Assembly: GCA_028023455.1 (NCBI GenBank)
Contig: JAQFVV010000004.1
Coordinates: 10,230,001 to 10,294,000 of the forward strand
Direction of reading: 5' to 3'
DNA length: 64,000 nt
DNA from: Epiperipatus broadwayi
Taxonomy: Eukaryota; Animalia; Onychophora
The notes beneath the pieces were generated by a model. It made no database searches. It was given only the letters and a program-made list of their open reading frames with translations, and was not told where the DNA came from. Position numbers and translations under genes: made by a program. Positions 53,950 through 64,000 of the stretch are shown here, piece by piece. Each line of letters starts with the position of its first letter. Position 1 is the stretch's first letter.

Positions 53950-55650
53950 TGTAATTCAACAACCACCAATAGACAAATATATCAGGTATATACATCGACA
54001 CTAAAATCACTGAAAAAATCACACAGAGCACAAATTCTCCAACACCTTAAATCATCATTAATTATGTCTTTAATTTACTATCATTAATTTCTAGTCAGAT
54101 GCATGATCATTTTCAAATCCATCCTCTCATCAATCAAGCTTGTGCTATCTTTTGATGCTGATTGAGCATTTTGATGGTGCAGATCTTGACTAGTCTTGTT
54201 CTTCACAGCTTTGGAGTTAGTTCAGAATAATGGTGAATGATGATGATTATTTATTCTAGTGACCAACATTTATATTTGATCCACTACAAGTCTGTCTGAT
54301 AATCTGGGGCTTTTCTGGATTACCCATTGACCATCTGCTTTTTTTTCATCAAACTGTGGAGAAGCTGTTTTCTTTTTTCTATTTCTCCTATGTTTCTATG
54401 GTATTCATTTCTTGTCAATGGAAATTTGGTTTTGGGATTTTAATCCTCTTTTGATGCATAGACTGACTACTGTCAAAAGTATTGAGCTCATCATTTCTCA
54501 ATTGTTTTTCTGCCAGTGCTAATTAGGTTTTGTTCAATATAATTGGGAAAGCACCTATTTATTTGATTTTCAGATCATGGGTAGATATTAAAACACTGGG
54601 CTTAGTCACCTGCCTTCAACAAAATGGCATATGTTGCTTTCTATGTCAATATTTCTCTTGAGATAACTTGTATTTAATTTTCTTTTGTAGTCTTTTGCTC
54701 CAAAGGCAGCTTAATATGGTTTATTTAAACTCTTGAAAACTACTAGGCTTATTAAATAAGAGATCCTACCAAACCAGGAATGCTCCTTGAAGATGGCTAC
54801 ATGATATTGCAAGTGACTATTCTGTCACAAAGTTTAGTCTGAAATACCTCTTTAGACTTTTGAAATATTCAATAGGAGCTTCACAATGACCTGAAGGCAC
54901 TCATATTTTGTGAAATTAAATTACAATTGTAGGTGAGTAATTATAAATATTAGGGTCTATTTTACTCATTAACTCTTCACATTCTATCTGAATGCTGTTT
55001 TCCCTCTTTTAGAGTTAGTTATAACTAAGAAACACTACCTTTTCCTTATTTGATCAATCTCTAACATGTGTATTCTGATTATGATTCCTTTGTGTTTCCT
55101 TTTGATTTTCTTCCCATATTAGACATATTTCCAAATATTGTGCTAAGCCATTTACCTCATTCTGCATTTTTAGTGATTATTTTAGATTTTCATCTCATTA
55201 TTTTTACTGTATCTTGAAGATGTTATTCTAGCTGTTTATTTTTTCATCATTTTCTTTCTTATTCAGTCACACTTCCTAATTTCATCCATTTTATCATTTA
55301 AATTTAGTAATCCTTCATTTGGTCTCTTTGATAACTCTGTAGACACATGGTCTATTTTATTAATATCTTTTCTTTGAGTTGGCTTTAATTAACTTTTAGC
55401 ATTCTGCATATGTTATCTATTTTATTAATAATTTTTTTGTATTTTTAAAGCATGTCCATCACCATGACACAAGCAATACTCTTCATTGCTGTTTCTGATT
55501 GCCTTATGTTTCTTCAACCTCCAATACGGGTTCTGAGGTTTCAATTTTTGCTTTCATTTTATATTTGGAATATTTTTATTTCAATATAATTTAAACAGTA
55601 CATTCATATACCACTTCTATACTCTAACCTGTTTTTACTGTACTTGATAT
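53950..55650 (-). mobile_element. Heavily decayed LINE (RT region)
   Basis: NRP.YL.LLTY (~54930-54965, NYRPISLL motif) and KRGLKSQ (~54435-54455, GVRQG motif). Many stops. Confidence 0.5.
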
Positions 55651-56472
55651 TATTGTTGTTGTTGTATAGTATATGCCTTGCTGCCTACAATTTATATATT
55701 TTACCTTTAATTCAAATCCAGTCAAACTAAACATTTCTCTTCTTTTTTAATTTCATTTCCACATATATACATTTATTAGTTATTTATTTTTATATGATGT
55801 CATTGTTATAATATTTGTATAATCTCACATGTCCACGTATATTTTAATGTAGGTTCTTATTTGGTGCTATTTATGATAAGAACCAGTCAATTTCCTTGCC
55901 TAAGTCTTTTTACAATGTTAGTAGTTTACAATATATATATATATGTGTGTGTGTGTATGTGTGATATGGACATAATATCAAATTATTTACCACCATACTA
56001 AATTTGTGAATGATCAAACTAATACATCTAAAAGATAATAAACTATAAATTATATCATTCATTCAACAGTTATTTTTTATTGATCAAATCGACCTTAAAG
56101 AATTGATTCCTAACACATTTGCAACTTAAGAGTAAATTCTCCTCAATTTGAATAGCTTTTATCATTTCTGATATATTTAATTGTCTAGTTAACCATCTCA
56201 GTTAATCTGAGAAACAATTCATCTTATGAATTTAAATCTCTGGAAATAATTAATTCTCCTGTTTTTTTTCTTCTTTTTTACCAATGCTAACTCATTGTAC
56301 ATGAGATCTTTATTTGATAACTTATAAACTATAAAACAAACATATTTAATTCAAAACTTTAATACCAAAAAAAACATAGCGATAGCTCATAACATTTTAA
56401 TGATTATTTAATAAAAATATCATATTCCTTCTTCCATGATCAGAGTAGTGATAATAATTTACATATAAAACT

Positions 56473-56551
56473 CAAGCATTGGTGGTTGTCTTACAAGCAG
56501 TTGTCCCGGGTTTGTGGGTTCGTTTCCTGGCCGATGCTTTGACACATAAAA
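56473..56551 (+). mobile_element. tRNA-derived SINE with internal deletion
   Basis: GCATTGGTGG...GCAGTTGTCCCGGGTTTGTGGGTTCGTTTCCTGGCCGATGCTTTGACAC-A. Possible TSD AAAACT. Absent from block copy 1. Confidence 0.78.
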
Positions 56552-56597
56552 AAAACTACATTCTCTAAATATTGATCAGATAACTTTTACTATAATA

Positions 56598-56836
56598 ATT
56601 ACTATAAAGCTGAACACTGATTGTATATATGCGTGAGGATAGTAATCTAAACCAACTGATGATTGCTGGTTTAGCATGAAATACGTATATTGGTGATTAT
56701 TTATCTTTTCAACACGTGTATGATCAGGTAGATCAGCAATATGAGATGGCAATGAGAGTAGTGGGTCATGTGAAAGTCTGAGTTCGAATTCCGCATATAT
56801 TACATATATAAATGCAGGTTTAAACCTGTACAATGT
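56598..56836 (+). mobile_element. Hammerhead-bearing short element, family A, copy 2
   Basis: Homology to 49573-49800. Absent at the equivalent position of block copy 1 (~51670). TATAATA on both sides may be a TSD. Confidence 0.78.
56651..56694 (+). ncRNA. Minimal type I hammerhead ribozyme (family A)
   Basis: ACCAA-CTGATGA-T-TGCT-ggttt-AGCA-T-GAAA-TACGTAT-A-TTGGT. 5-bp helix I, perfect ATACGTAT palindrome, AUA site (cut after 56689), U-U at the base of helix II. Confidence 0.88.
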
Positions 56837-58199
56837 ATTATAATACTATTGATAAGAAAATATTGACTTTTTTTAAGTTGTCTCCTGCAAACATAATAGA
56901 TTAAGAGAATCACAATAAATCTCACTAAACATTACAAATCCCTAAGAAAATCAGAATAAACAGTTAATACATATTACAATTGTTAAAGATATATATAACA
57001 CGATATAATAAAAATTCTATACTAAAACAAATATTTTTTTTGTTACTTTCAAAGGCGTTCATTAATATGTACTAAAAAATAAATTCTTACAATGTTTATG
57101 TTCATATGCACATTTACTTTAATGTCCCTTTTACAAATGCTGCTTTTCTGTCTTATTAATGCATTTGTTAGTCCTTGATTAAGGACTTTCTAGATAGATA
57201 TGTATGATAATTTCTTTACCATTTCTTGCATTTGCTAGCTATTATTTTTGATAACTCTCTAAATATCTTTATGTGGGTCGATAGGCTTCTATTCACTTAT
57301 ATAATATATTTTTCATTTTGCAGCCGATTTGAATTTGGTATAGGTATAGCAGACAGAAGAAACTATTTTCTATAAATTCACAAAACAGCTAGTAATGACA
57401 GATGTACTTGGGTATTTTTAGCTCTTCATAGTTCAAACTTTCCAATTAGTCACGTATTTTTCCATATTTTTAGAATGCAGTTTCTCAATACTCGTGGACA
57501 CTTGCTTATGTAATTGCTGATTGTGCCATTTTCAGTCTAGTCCTTGCTTCCTGTGCATGCTATCTGGATTGATGATTAGCTGTCAAAACTGACAAGAGAA
57601 AATTAATAAATGAAGAAAATCTGTCACCAAGATTTATACTTTCTTATTTCCTGTTTATTAAATTCGAAAAAACAATATATTTTTTCTTTACCTTTTTTTT
57701 TAATTTAAAAGCTTAATCCTTTTATCCATCTCGATAATGACTTTAGATAACCTTCTATTATGTTCATTAGTTAGTTTTTTTTTCTTTTTTCTTTTCAGAA
57801 GGATTAGTTAATTATTATTCCTGAACTGAACCTTCAATATTGTCTTTTTTCAAAAGAAAACTCATTACAATTTTTTTTTCTTTACCAATAAATATTTTAA
57901 TTATAAAATATAAATAATACAATTTGTACTCACAAAGACTTTCTAAGTTTTTAAGAATAATTGCAATAAAAATAATTGCTTTAAAAAATAAAATTTTCTC
58001 TTTTTATTCCTTCAAGATGTATTTATATATAAATCTATTTATGGGATTTCTATTTACTCATATTTAATCATGGGGAGAGAGAATATTAATAAATTCATTA
58101 AGAGTTAAGAATTATTTACAATTCTTCTTAATTATATTCACAGAATTTTATTCTAACTTCATTTTTTTGACTTAGAAACACATACTGTGCACAATATAT

Positions 58200-58790
58200 A
58201 TATATAATTAATAAAACAAGTTATAAATTTCATAACTTGCTTTTAAGCTTGCATTTAAATGATCATTAGATGGATCTTACCAATAACTTTAAACAACCTT
58301 TCTTTTTATAAGTGCTGGAAGTGAAAGAATTCAAAATCTCTATCGTTAAGTCCCTACCTGCAGACCAATTGGTTTCAAGCGTATGGCTCATCTCAGTGGA
58401 GGGCTGGGACTCTAAAAACTAGATCTAAAATACTAACTCAAAAGTCAGCACTTACAAAGTGCGTTTCTATCAATTTGAAAGTCTTAACTTTTCAGACATG
58501 TAAATGTCTTCAAATCCAGCTTTGCAAACCAGATAGATATATGGATCTGAATTCAGCTCACTTTCACTATATAATAATAGCCTCTGTAATATAGCATTGC
58601 AAAAGCCATCAAAGGTACACTTATTATAATTAATAAAACAAGTTATAAATTTCATAACTTGTTTTTAAGCTTGCATTTAAATGATCACTAGATGGAGCTT
58701 TACCAATAGCTCTAAACAAGCTTTATTTTTATAAGTGCTGCAAGAAAAATAAAGCTTATTTAAAGCTATTGGTAAGCTCTATCTAGGGAT
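58200..58790. mobile_element. Family B unit (~427 bp) plus partial tandem copy plus terminal fold-back
   Basis: 58200-58320 is repeated at 58627-58742. 58688-58730 is inverted at 58745-58787. (TA)n at both ends. Homologous to the 63035+ array. Confidence 0.8.
58357..58402 (-). ncRNA. Degenerate hammerhead ribozyme (family B)
   Basis: CCTCCA-CTGA(-)GA-T-GAGC-catac-GCTT-GAAAC-CAATTG-GTC-TGCAGG. Palindrome ACCAATTGGT, GUC site, one core base deleted. Confidence 0.62.
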
Positions 58791-59399
58791 CATATATATA
58801 TCATTTAAAATATTCAATCACATTTCTTTTTATCAAAACTTATTCTTTTAGATCCAGTTTTAAGTAATTAAATAAAATATTTTATATAAGTAATTAATAA
58901 AATATTTTATATTTTAGAGACAATTTTTTTTCCAACATTTAAGTATGAATTTATATACAAGTATAATGATCTTTTGTGCATCTGCAAATACCCTGTTCAC
59001 ACATAAATGGGACATAAAGAATTGCTTATTTTATTATATGTATAAATCTGGAAATGTATGCATCACATCTACATATGTTATGCAATTTTTCTAACATTTA
59101 CTTTATTCGTGTCATTTAAATCTAAATTTTAAAATATTATTTTTACAAAATAATATTAGTAATAATTGCTAAATTAAAACCACCTCTATCTTCTATTCTC
59201 CACAAAACTAAATCCACCAGTATTTTTATTATGAATTTTGATGAATACTAGTTTTTATACTATTTTTTCCTTTTCCCATATTCTAGATCTATCGATAACC
59301 TGACTTCAAATTAAGGTCAGCATAAAAACCATTTGTATACATATGCTTCAAAAATAGTGTTTAGCAGATGTTTAACCATATTCAGAATGTAAAACTGAG

Positions 59400-61700
59400 A
59401 TATTTTTGGATTCCAAGCAAGCATTGGATTTTTTTTCAAGCAATGATACATAACTATCCAACTGATCATTCATTTCTTTCTTTCATCATCCAGAATTTGA
59501 CTAGGATATACAATATTTCATTATTCATTAATTCTTTTTTATTAAGAAAAAATTTACAGTGTCAGGTAGCTACCTTTCTCTCATTACAGTAGTTTTATGT
59601 AGAAGTTCAAAGATTTGCAACCAATCTGTGTGGTGTTGTCATCATATTATTTATTGAAGTAGTCTGAGATGTTGTTTGGTCATCAGATATGGTAATCTGT
59701 ATCCATATGTCCACAAAGAAATGCTTTGGCACAAGGAGATGATCTTTGTTCTTCATGTTTATTAGTATATTTTATAGGTTTTTCAAGGATCAGTATGTTT
59801 TTGACTGAAGATATATTGGCACCTGGTGATCCATAAGCCATAACCCTGATAGTTGCATACTTCTTTCATGTCTCAGTCAATAGATAGCATATTCCCATAG
59901 CCAGGCAAAAACTTGTGATGATTTTGTTTCTAGTGTATTCCAAGTATGAGCAAGCAAAAAAGATGTTGTCCAGCATCTTTTCACGTGTATTACAAAGTTT
60001 ACATATGGTTCTTATTTGACAAAATCCTCTTTGCATCACCAAAAAGTGACTGATGGGCAAAGAGGACATGTTAAACTTAATTATAAAATCATCCAGCTTT
60101 GGTCCTATCCACCAGTATCTTGACTTCCTGAGCATTTGCTTCACTGATAGTCTTAATCAGGTAGACTTCGGATTTTGATTTGGGAAAAGGAGCTTATACA
60201 CTTCCCAGTATGATTGCTTTGTTTTCTTTATTTGCTCAGTAACTAATAATAGAGTCCCCAATTGGACTGCTAGCTCTTTGACCCATTTAATGGTTATGGG
60301 TGGTGGCATATCTGGGCTCTACAGAGTCTTCACTCTGATCTTGTTCTCTTTTATTGTAAATTCTTTGAGCATTGAAAGTGCTCTTTGAATCAAAACACCT
60401 TGATGGCATGGAAACCAAGTTCATTCAGGTCACATAGTCTCTGCAACTTGGCCAGATTGATGGATACTGTTTTCCTCTTCCACATCATCTAGGTGCAGGC
60501 TGAATTTATAGCATCCTGAAATCTCTTGGTCGGCTTGAAGATGGGCAAGTAGTAATTTATTCACAGAAACATCATCATGTTTAACAGTGCCACTTTGCCT
60601 GGGAGTGAGAGGGAGATCATTGAGAGAGAGTTTGTTATCTTCTTGGTTTTGTCCAAAATATCCTGCTAGATGGTCCTCCTCATCACTGTTTTGAAGAGAG
60701 CCTCTGTGGTTTTCACATATATCTTGATGGTACTTCAACAATTTCCAAACTACAGATTTGTCTGGGTTGATGTCCAGATTGAATCTGCTAGCATACCTAT
60801 CCAGCAGTTGATATAGCCTCTTGGCAGGTATTTCTCAGAAGAGAGGAAGATGGTAACATCATCCACATATAAAATGTGGTGGAGCTCCTTCCTTAGTGCC
60901 AGCACAAGAACTCCTGGTAGTTCTTTTACCACATCTATTAGAGAGTTCAGGTAGGTAATGAAACACAAGGTGCTTAGCAGCGACCACTGAGGGATTGACA
61001 GATGCAGTCTAAAACCAGGGCTAGGGAGCCATCACAAAATGTGTGAATTGACCTATGGCACCATGGAGTCGAAGGCAGTCACAAAATCTATATAAACAGA
61101 AACAGGACCTGATTTTCTATGTGAATTTACATGCTCAATCAGCAGCATGAAGTGCCACATTGCCTCAATGGTGAAGAAGCCTTAGTGAGAAAACTGGTAT
61201 ACAAAGATCCTTGTGAGTAACTGCTGCTGGATTCTATCCTTAACTAGTGATTCAATTGTCTTGATGATATGGGTCTAATGTTGGATGAACTGGATGTATT
61301 TTTTTCATGTATGGTATGAGAGCAATTGGATACAGGTCAGGAACACTTTGAAAGTTTCTGGCCAGTATATCAACCACTCTACATACTATTGGAACTGTGA
61401 AATGGCTAAGGTACAACAATACAAATTAGGGAATGCCATGTAGGCCAGGATGCATATGTGCAGGATAGGATCAGAGCTTCTGGATGATTTGTTTCTCTGT
61501 TATTTTATGTATACCAACTTCTTGTTTATCATCCCAGATGTTACTGATGTCAAACTTTTGTCTTTGGAGTTTTCTCTTAATGTGTTCATGGATTTTATAT
61601 AGCATTGCACCCCCAGAGTAGTTATGATTGTCTATGTTGAATTTTTGTAAGTGATTAATGGAGAAATGGCATAGCTATTCCAATCATAAGGAAAGATGAT
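59400..61700 (-). mobile_element. Decayed LINE (RT plus C-terminal Cys motif)
   Basis: YIDFVTAFDS (~61065-61095), HILYVDDVTIF (~60858), ICKLCNTREKMLDNIFFAC (ORF 59866-60144). Boundaries approximate. Confidence 0.68.
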
Positions 61701-62643
61701 ACCTTTGAAATGACACACCATAGGTTTTTTGGTGATATATATTTCCAACTTCTTAATGTGAAATCATATGTTATTTAGAATTGATTTAATGTAAAATAAT
61801 GATAAGAAAAGTTTGAATGTTCTTAATCAATCTAAGTACCCACTTTTTTGATTATACCTAATAGAATGTGGCTTTTCCACATGTATAAGACTGATACATG
61901 CAGAGATTTAGATAGCTTTCATATCAAGCATTGTTGATTTGTGCTTTTAATATGTTTGATACCTGACAAAGATTTCTTATACTTTCTGATTTATTTTACA
62001 TGAAAAGTACATGAAAAGAAATTAAAGGCATTAGCAATATTTTCTAAATTTTTAAATGCATCATCAATTTACAATTATTAATTTAAACAAGGATGTAATG
62101 GAGAATAAATTTAATGAAATATGTAACCTTTTCCTATGGTTTTTTAATACTTCCAATAAATGCATTAGAATTTAAGAAATTGCAGTGATATCAATTGAAT
62201 GTATGAAATCATTCAAAAGAGACCTAAAAAAAATTTGCAAGCACAAAAATGAGGAGAAAGAATTTTTAATATGGGTGCATTTATTAATTTGCCTTATATA
62301 ATAAATAATTAATTTTTGTTATATAATGAGAATAAAAATTTAACATCTTGAAATTTGTGAGAGGAGAGCTTTTGAGACTTTTTTAAGCTCTCAATGGTCA
62401 TTTGAAGACTATTTTACCTATGTATAAAATTTAAGAAATGTGTCTGATAAATATTTGTAACCAATCAAAATGCTTAGATTTGTGACACATCCCAAAGTTT
62501 ATTAAAACCTTGAGCTATTTTTTAGTACAAATTTGTCCAGACTACAATTATATTTCACCAGAAGCCCTGAAACTTCAGGTGAGTTATAAATTGGAAACAT
62601 CTAAAAATTTGCACAAGATAAAATAAAAATATTATTAATTAGA

Positions 62644-62901
62644 AAGGATTTTAACCCAGACTTTCAAGCTCTTTTCAGTCATCCACTCCATCTTATACAA
62701 CTGAAAAACATGACTACATACATGCGAAAAAAATAAATCATTTCTAATAAATGTATTTAATGCTAAACCAGAACTCATCACTTTGTCTGGATCATCATCT
62801 CATATATATATAAACAGTGCTCAGTTTATATTAAGATAGCAAATCTTCAAACTTTAATGGACAGGCTTCAATCTTCTCCTCTCTACAACTCTTAAGCCAT
62901 C
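62644..62901 (-). mobile_element. Family A copy 3 with decayed hammerhead at 62744-62785
   Basis: CAAA-GTGATGA-GTTCT-ggttt-AGCAT-TAAA-TACATTTA. Two core changes; flanks align with the other two copies. Confidence 0.72.
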
Positions 62902-63038
62902 AATGTCATTGAAAATGATAATGAAGGCTTTGATGGATGACTTAAGAATTGGAGAGTGGAGATGATTGAAGCCTATCCATTAAAGTTTGAAGATTTTCTA
63001 TCTTAATATAAACCAAACACTGACTATATATATATATG
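62801..63038. repeat. Inverted repeat, ~100-bp arms, 30-nt loop
   Basis: 62801-62901 versus the reverse complement of 62932-63038 (GTTTATATTAAGATAG.AAATCTTCAAACTTTAATGGA.AGGCTTCAATC). About 85% identical. Confidence 0.88.
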
Positions 63039-64000
63039 AAAAACAAAAAACAAGTTAAAAACTTGCTAATGCTTGTATTTATGTCAACAGATGGCATTCT
63101 ACCAAAACACCGTCAAGCGTATGTTTACATAAACATCAGAGCATGCATTCACTATCTCTAACTTTAATTCCACTTTCAGATCATGATTTCAAGCTATTTG
63201 CTATCGTCAATGAAAGACAGGAATTTTAGAAACTAGATATAAACACAAACTCTGAGCGTTTATGAAACAGTTTCTATTTAGCTTGCAAGCGTGAATCTTT
63301 TAGACACGTAATGTCTTCAAACTCAGCATAGCAAGCCAGATAGCTACATGGGTCTGATCTCAGTACAGAATTACCACATAGTAGAAGCCTCTGCAATATA
63401 TATCATTGCTAGAAAGACCTCAAAGGTACATTTATGAAAAACAAGAAACAAATTAAAAACTTGCTAACGCTTGTATTTATGTCAACAGATGGCGTTCTAT
63501 CAAAAACACCATCAAGCGTATGTTTACATATGCTTGACGGTGTTTTTGGTAGAACACCATCTGTTGACATAAATACAAGCGTTAGCAAGTTTTTAACTTT
63601 TTTGTTTTTCATAAATGTATCTTTGAGGTTTTTCTAGCAATGATATATATTGCAGAGGCTTCTACTATGTGGTGATGCTGAACTGAGATCAGACCCATGT
63701 AGCTATCTGGCATGCTATGCTGAGTTTGAAGACATTACGTGTCTAAAAGATTCACGCTTGCAAGCTAAATAGAAACTATTTCATTGCTCTGATGTTTATG
63801 TAAACATACGCTTGATGGTGTTTTTGGTAGAATGCCATCTGTTGACATAAATACAAGTGTTAGCAAGTTTTTAACTTGTTTTTTGTTTTTCATAAATGTA
63901 CCTTTGAGGTCTTTCTAGCAATGATATATATTGCAGAGGCTTCTACTATGTGGTGATGCTGAACTGAGATCAGACCCATGTAGCTATCTGGCTTGCTTTG
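63035..64000. repeat. Family B tandem array with strand inversion at 63524-63525; runs off the window
   Basis: Left period ~398 bp, right period ~279 bp. Palindromic arms 63266-63523 and 63526-63782. Confidence 0.92.
63173..63216 (-). ncRNA. Minimal type I hammerhead ribozyme (family B)
   Basis: CTTTCA-TTGACGA-T-AGC-aaata-GCT-T-GAAA-TCATGA-TC-TGAAAG. Perfect 6-bp helix I, palindrome ATCATGAT, AUC site (cut after 63179), C3 changed to U. Confidence 0.78.

Larger units (their letters stand above)
55975..58180 (+). repeat. Duplicated block, copy 2
   Basis: See 50040-53200. Carries its own SINE and family A insertions. Confidence 0.85.

Noticed and set aside
63409-63637. Two near-identical opposing ORFs as a gene pair
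   Set aside because: Artefact of the palindrome.

Overview
AT-rich eukaryotic (probably non-insect arthropod) genomic DNA dominated by retroelements; no prokaryotic features. One host gene is supportable: a minus-strand trypsin-fold (S1A) serine protease. Its last two exons (35512-35645 and 12951-13136) splice in frame to give ...LCAKNVPGHYICY|GDSGGPL... across a 22.4 kb intron. That intron holds a full-length Ty3/gypsy element (21317-27500, 5-bp TSD, LTRs about 96% identical), an older gypsy on the opposite strand and two SINE copies. Elsewhere are a full-length RTE LINE with a 12-bp TSD, several decayed LINE and gypsy fragments, further copies of the tRNA-derived SINE family and a ~2-3 kb duplicated block. 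The most notable signal is at 48.5-64 kb: six minimal type I hammerhead-ribozyme motifs with palindromic helix III, five of them in two small repeat families next to (TA)n tracts and fold-back inverted repeats. One family has become a satellite in which the ribozyme segment is deleted. All calls were made by eye from the sequence and the ORF track; no database searches were run.
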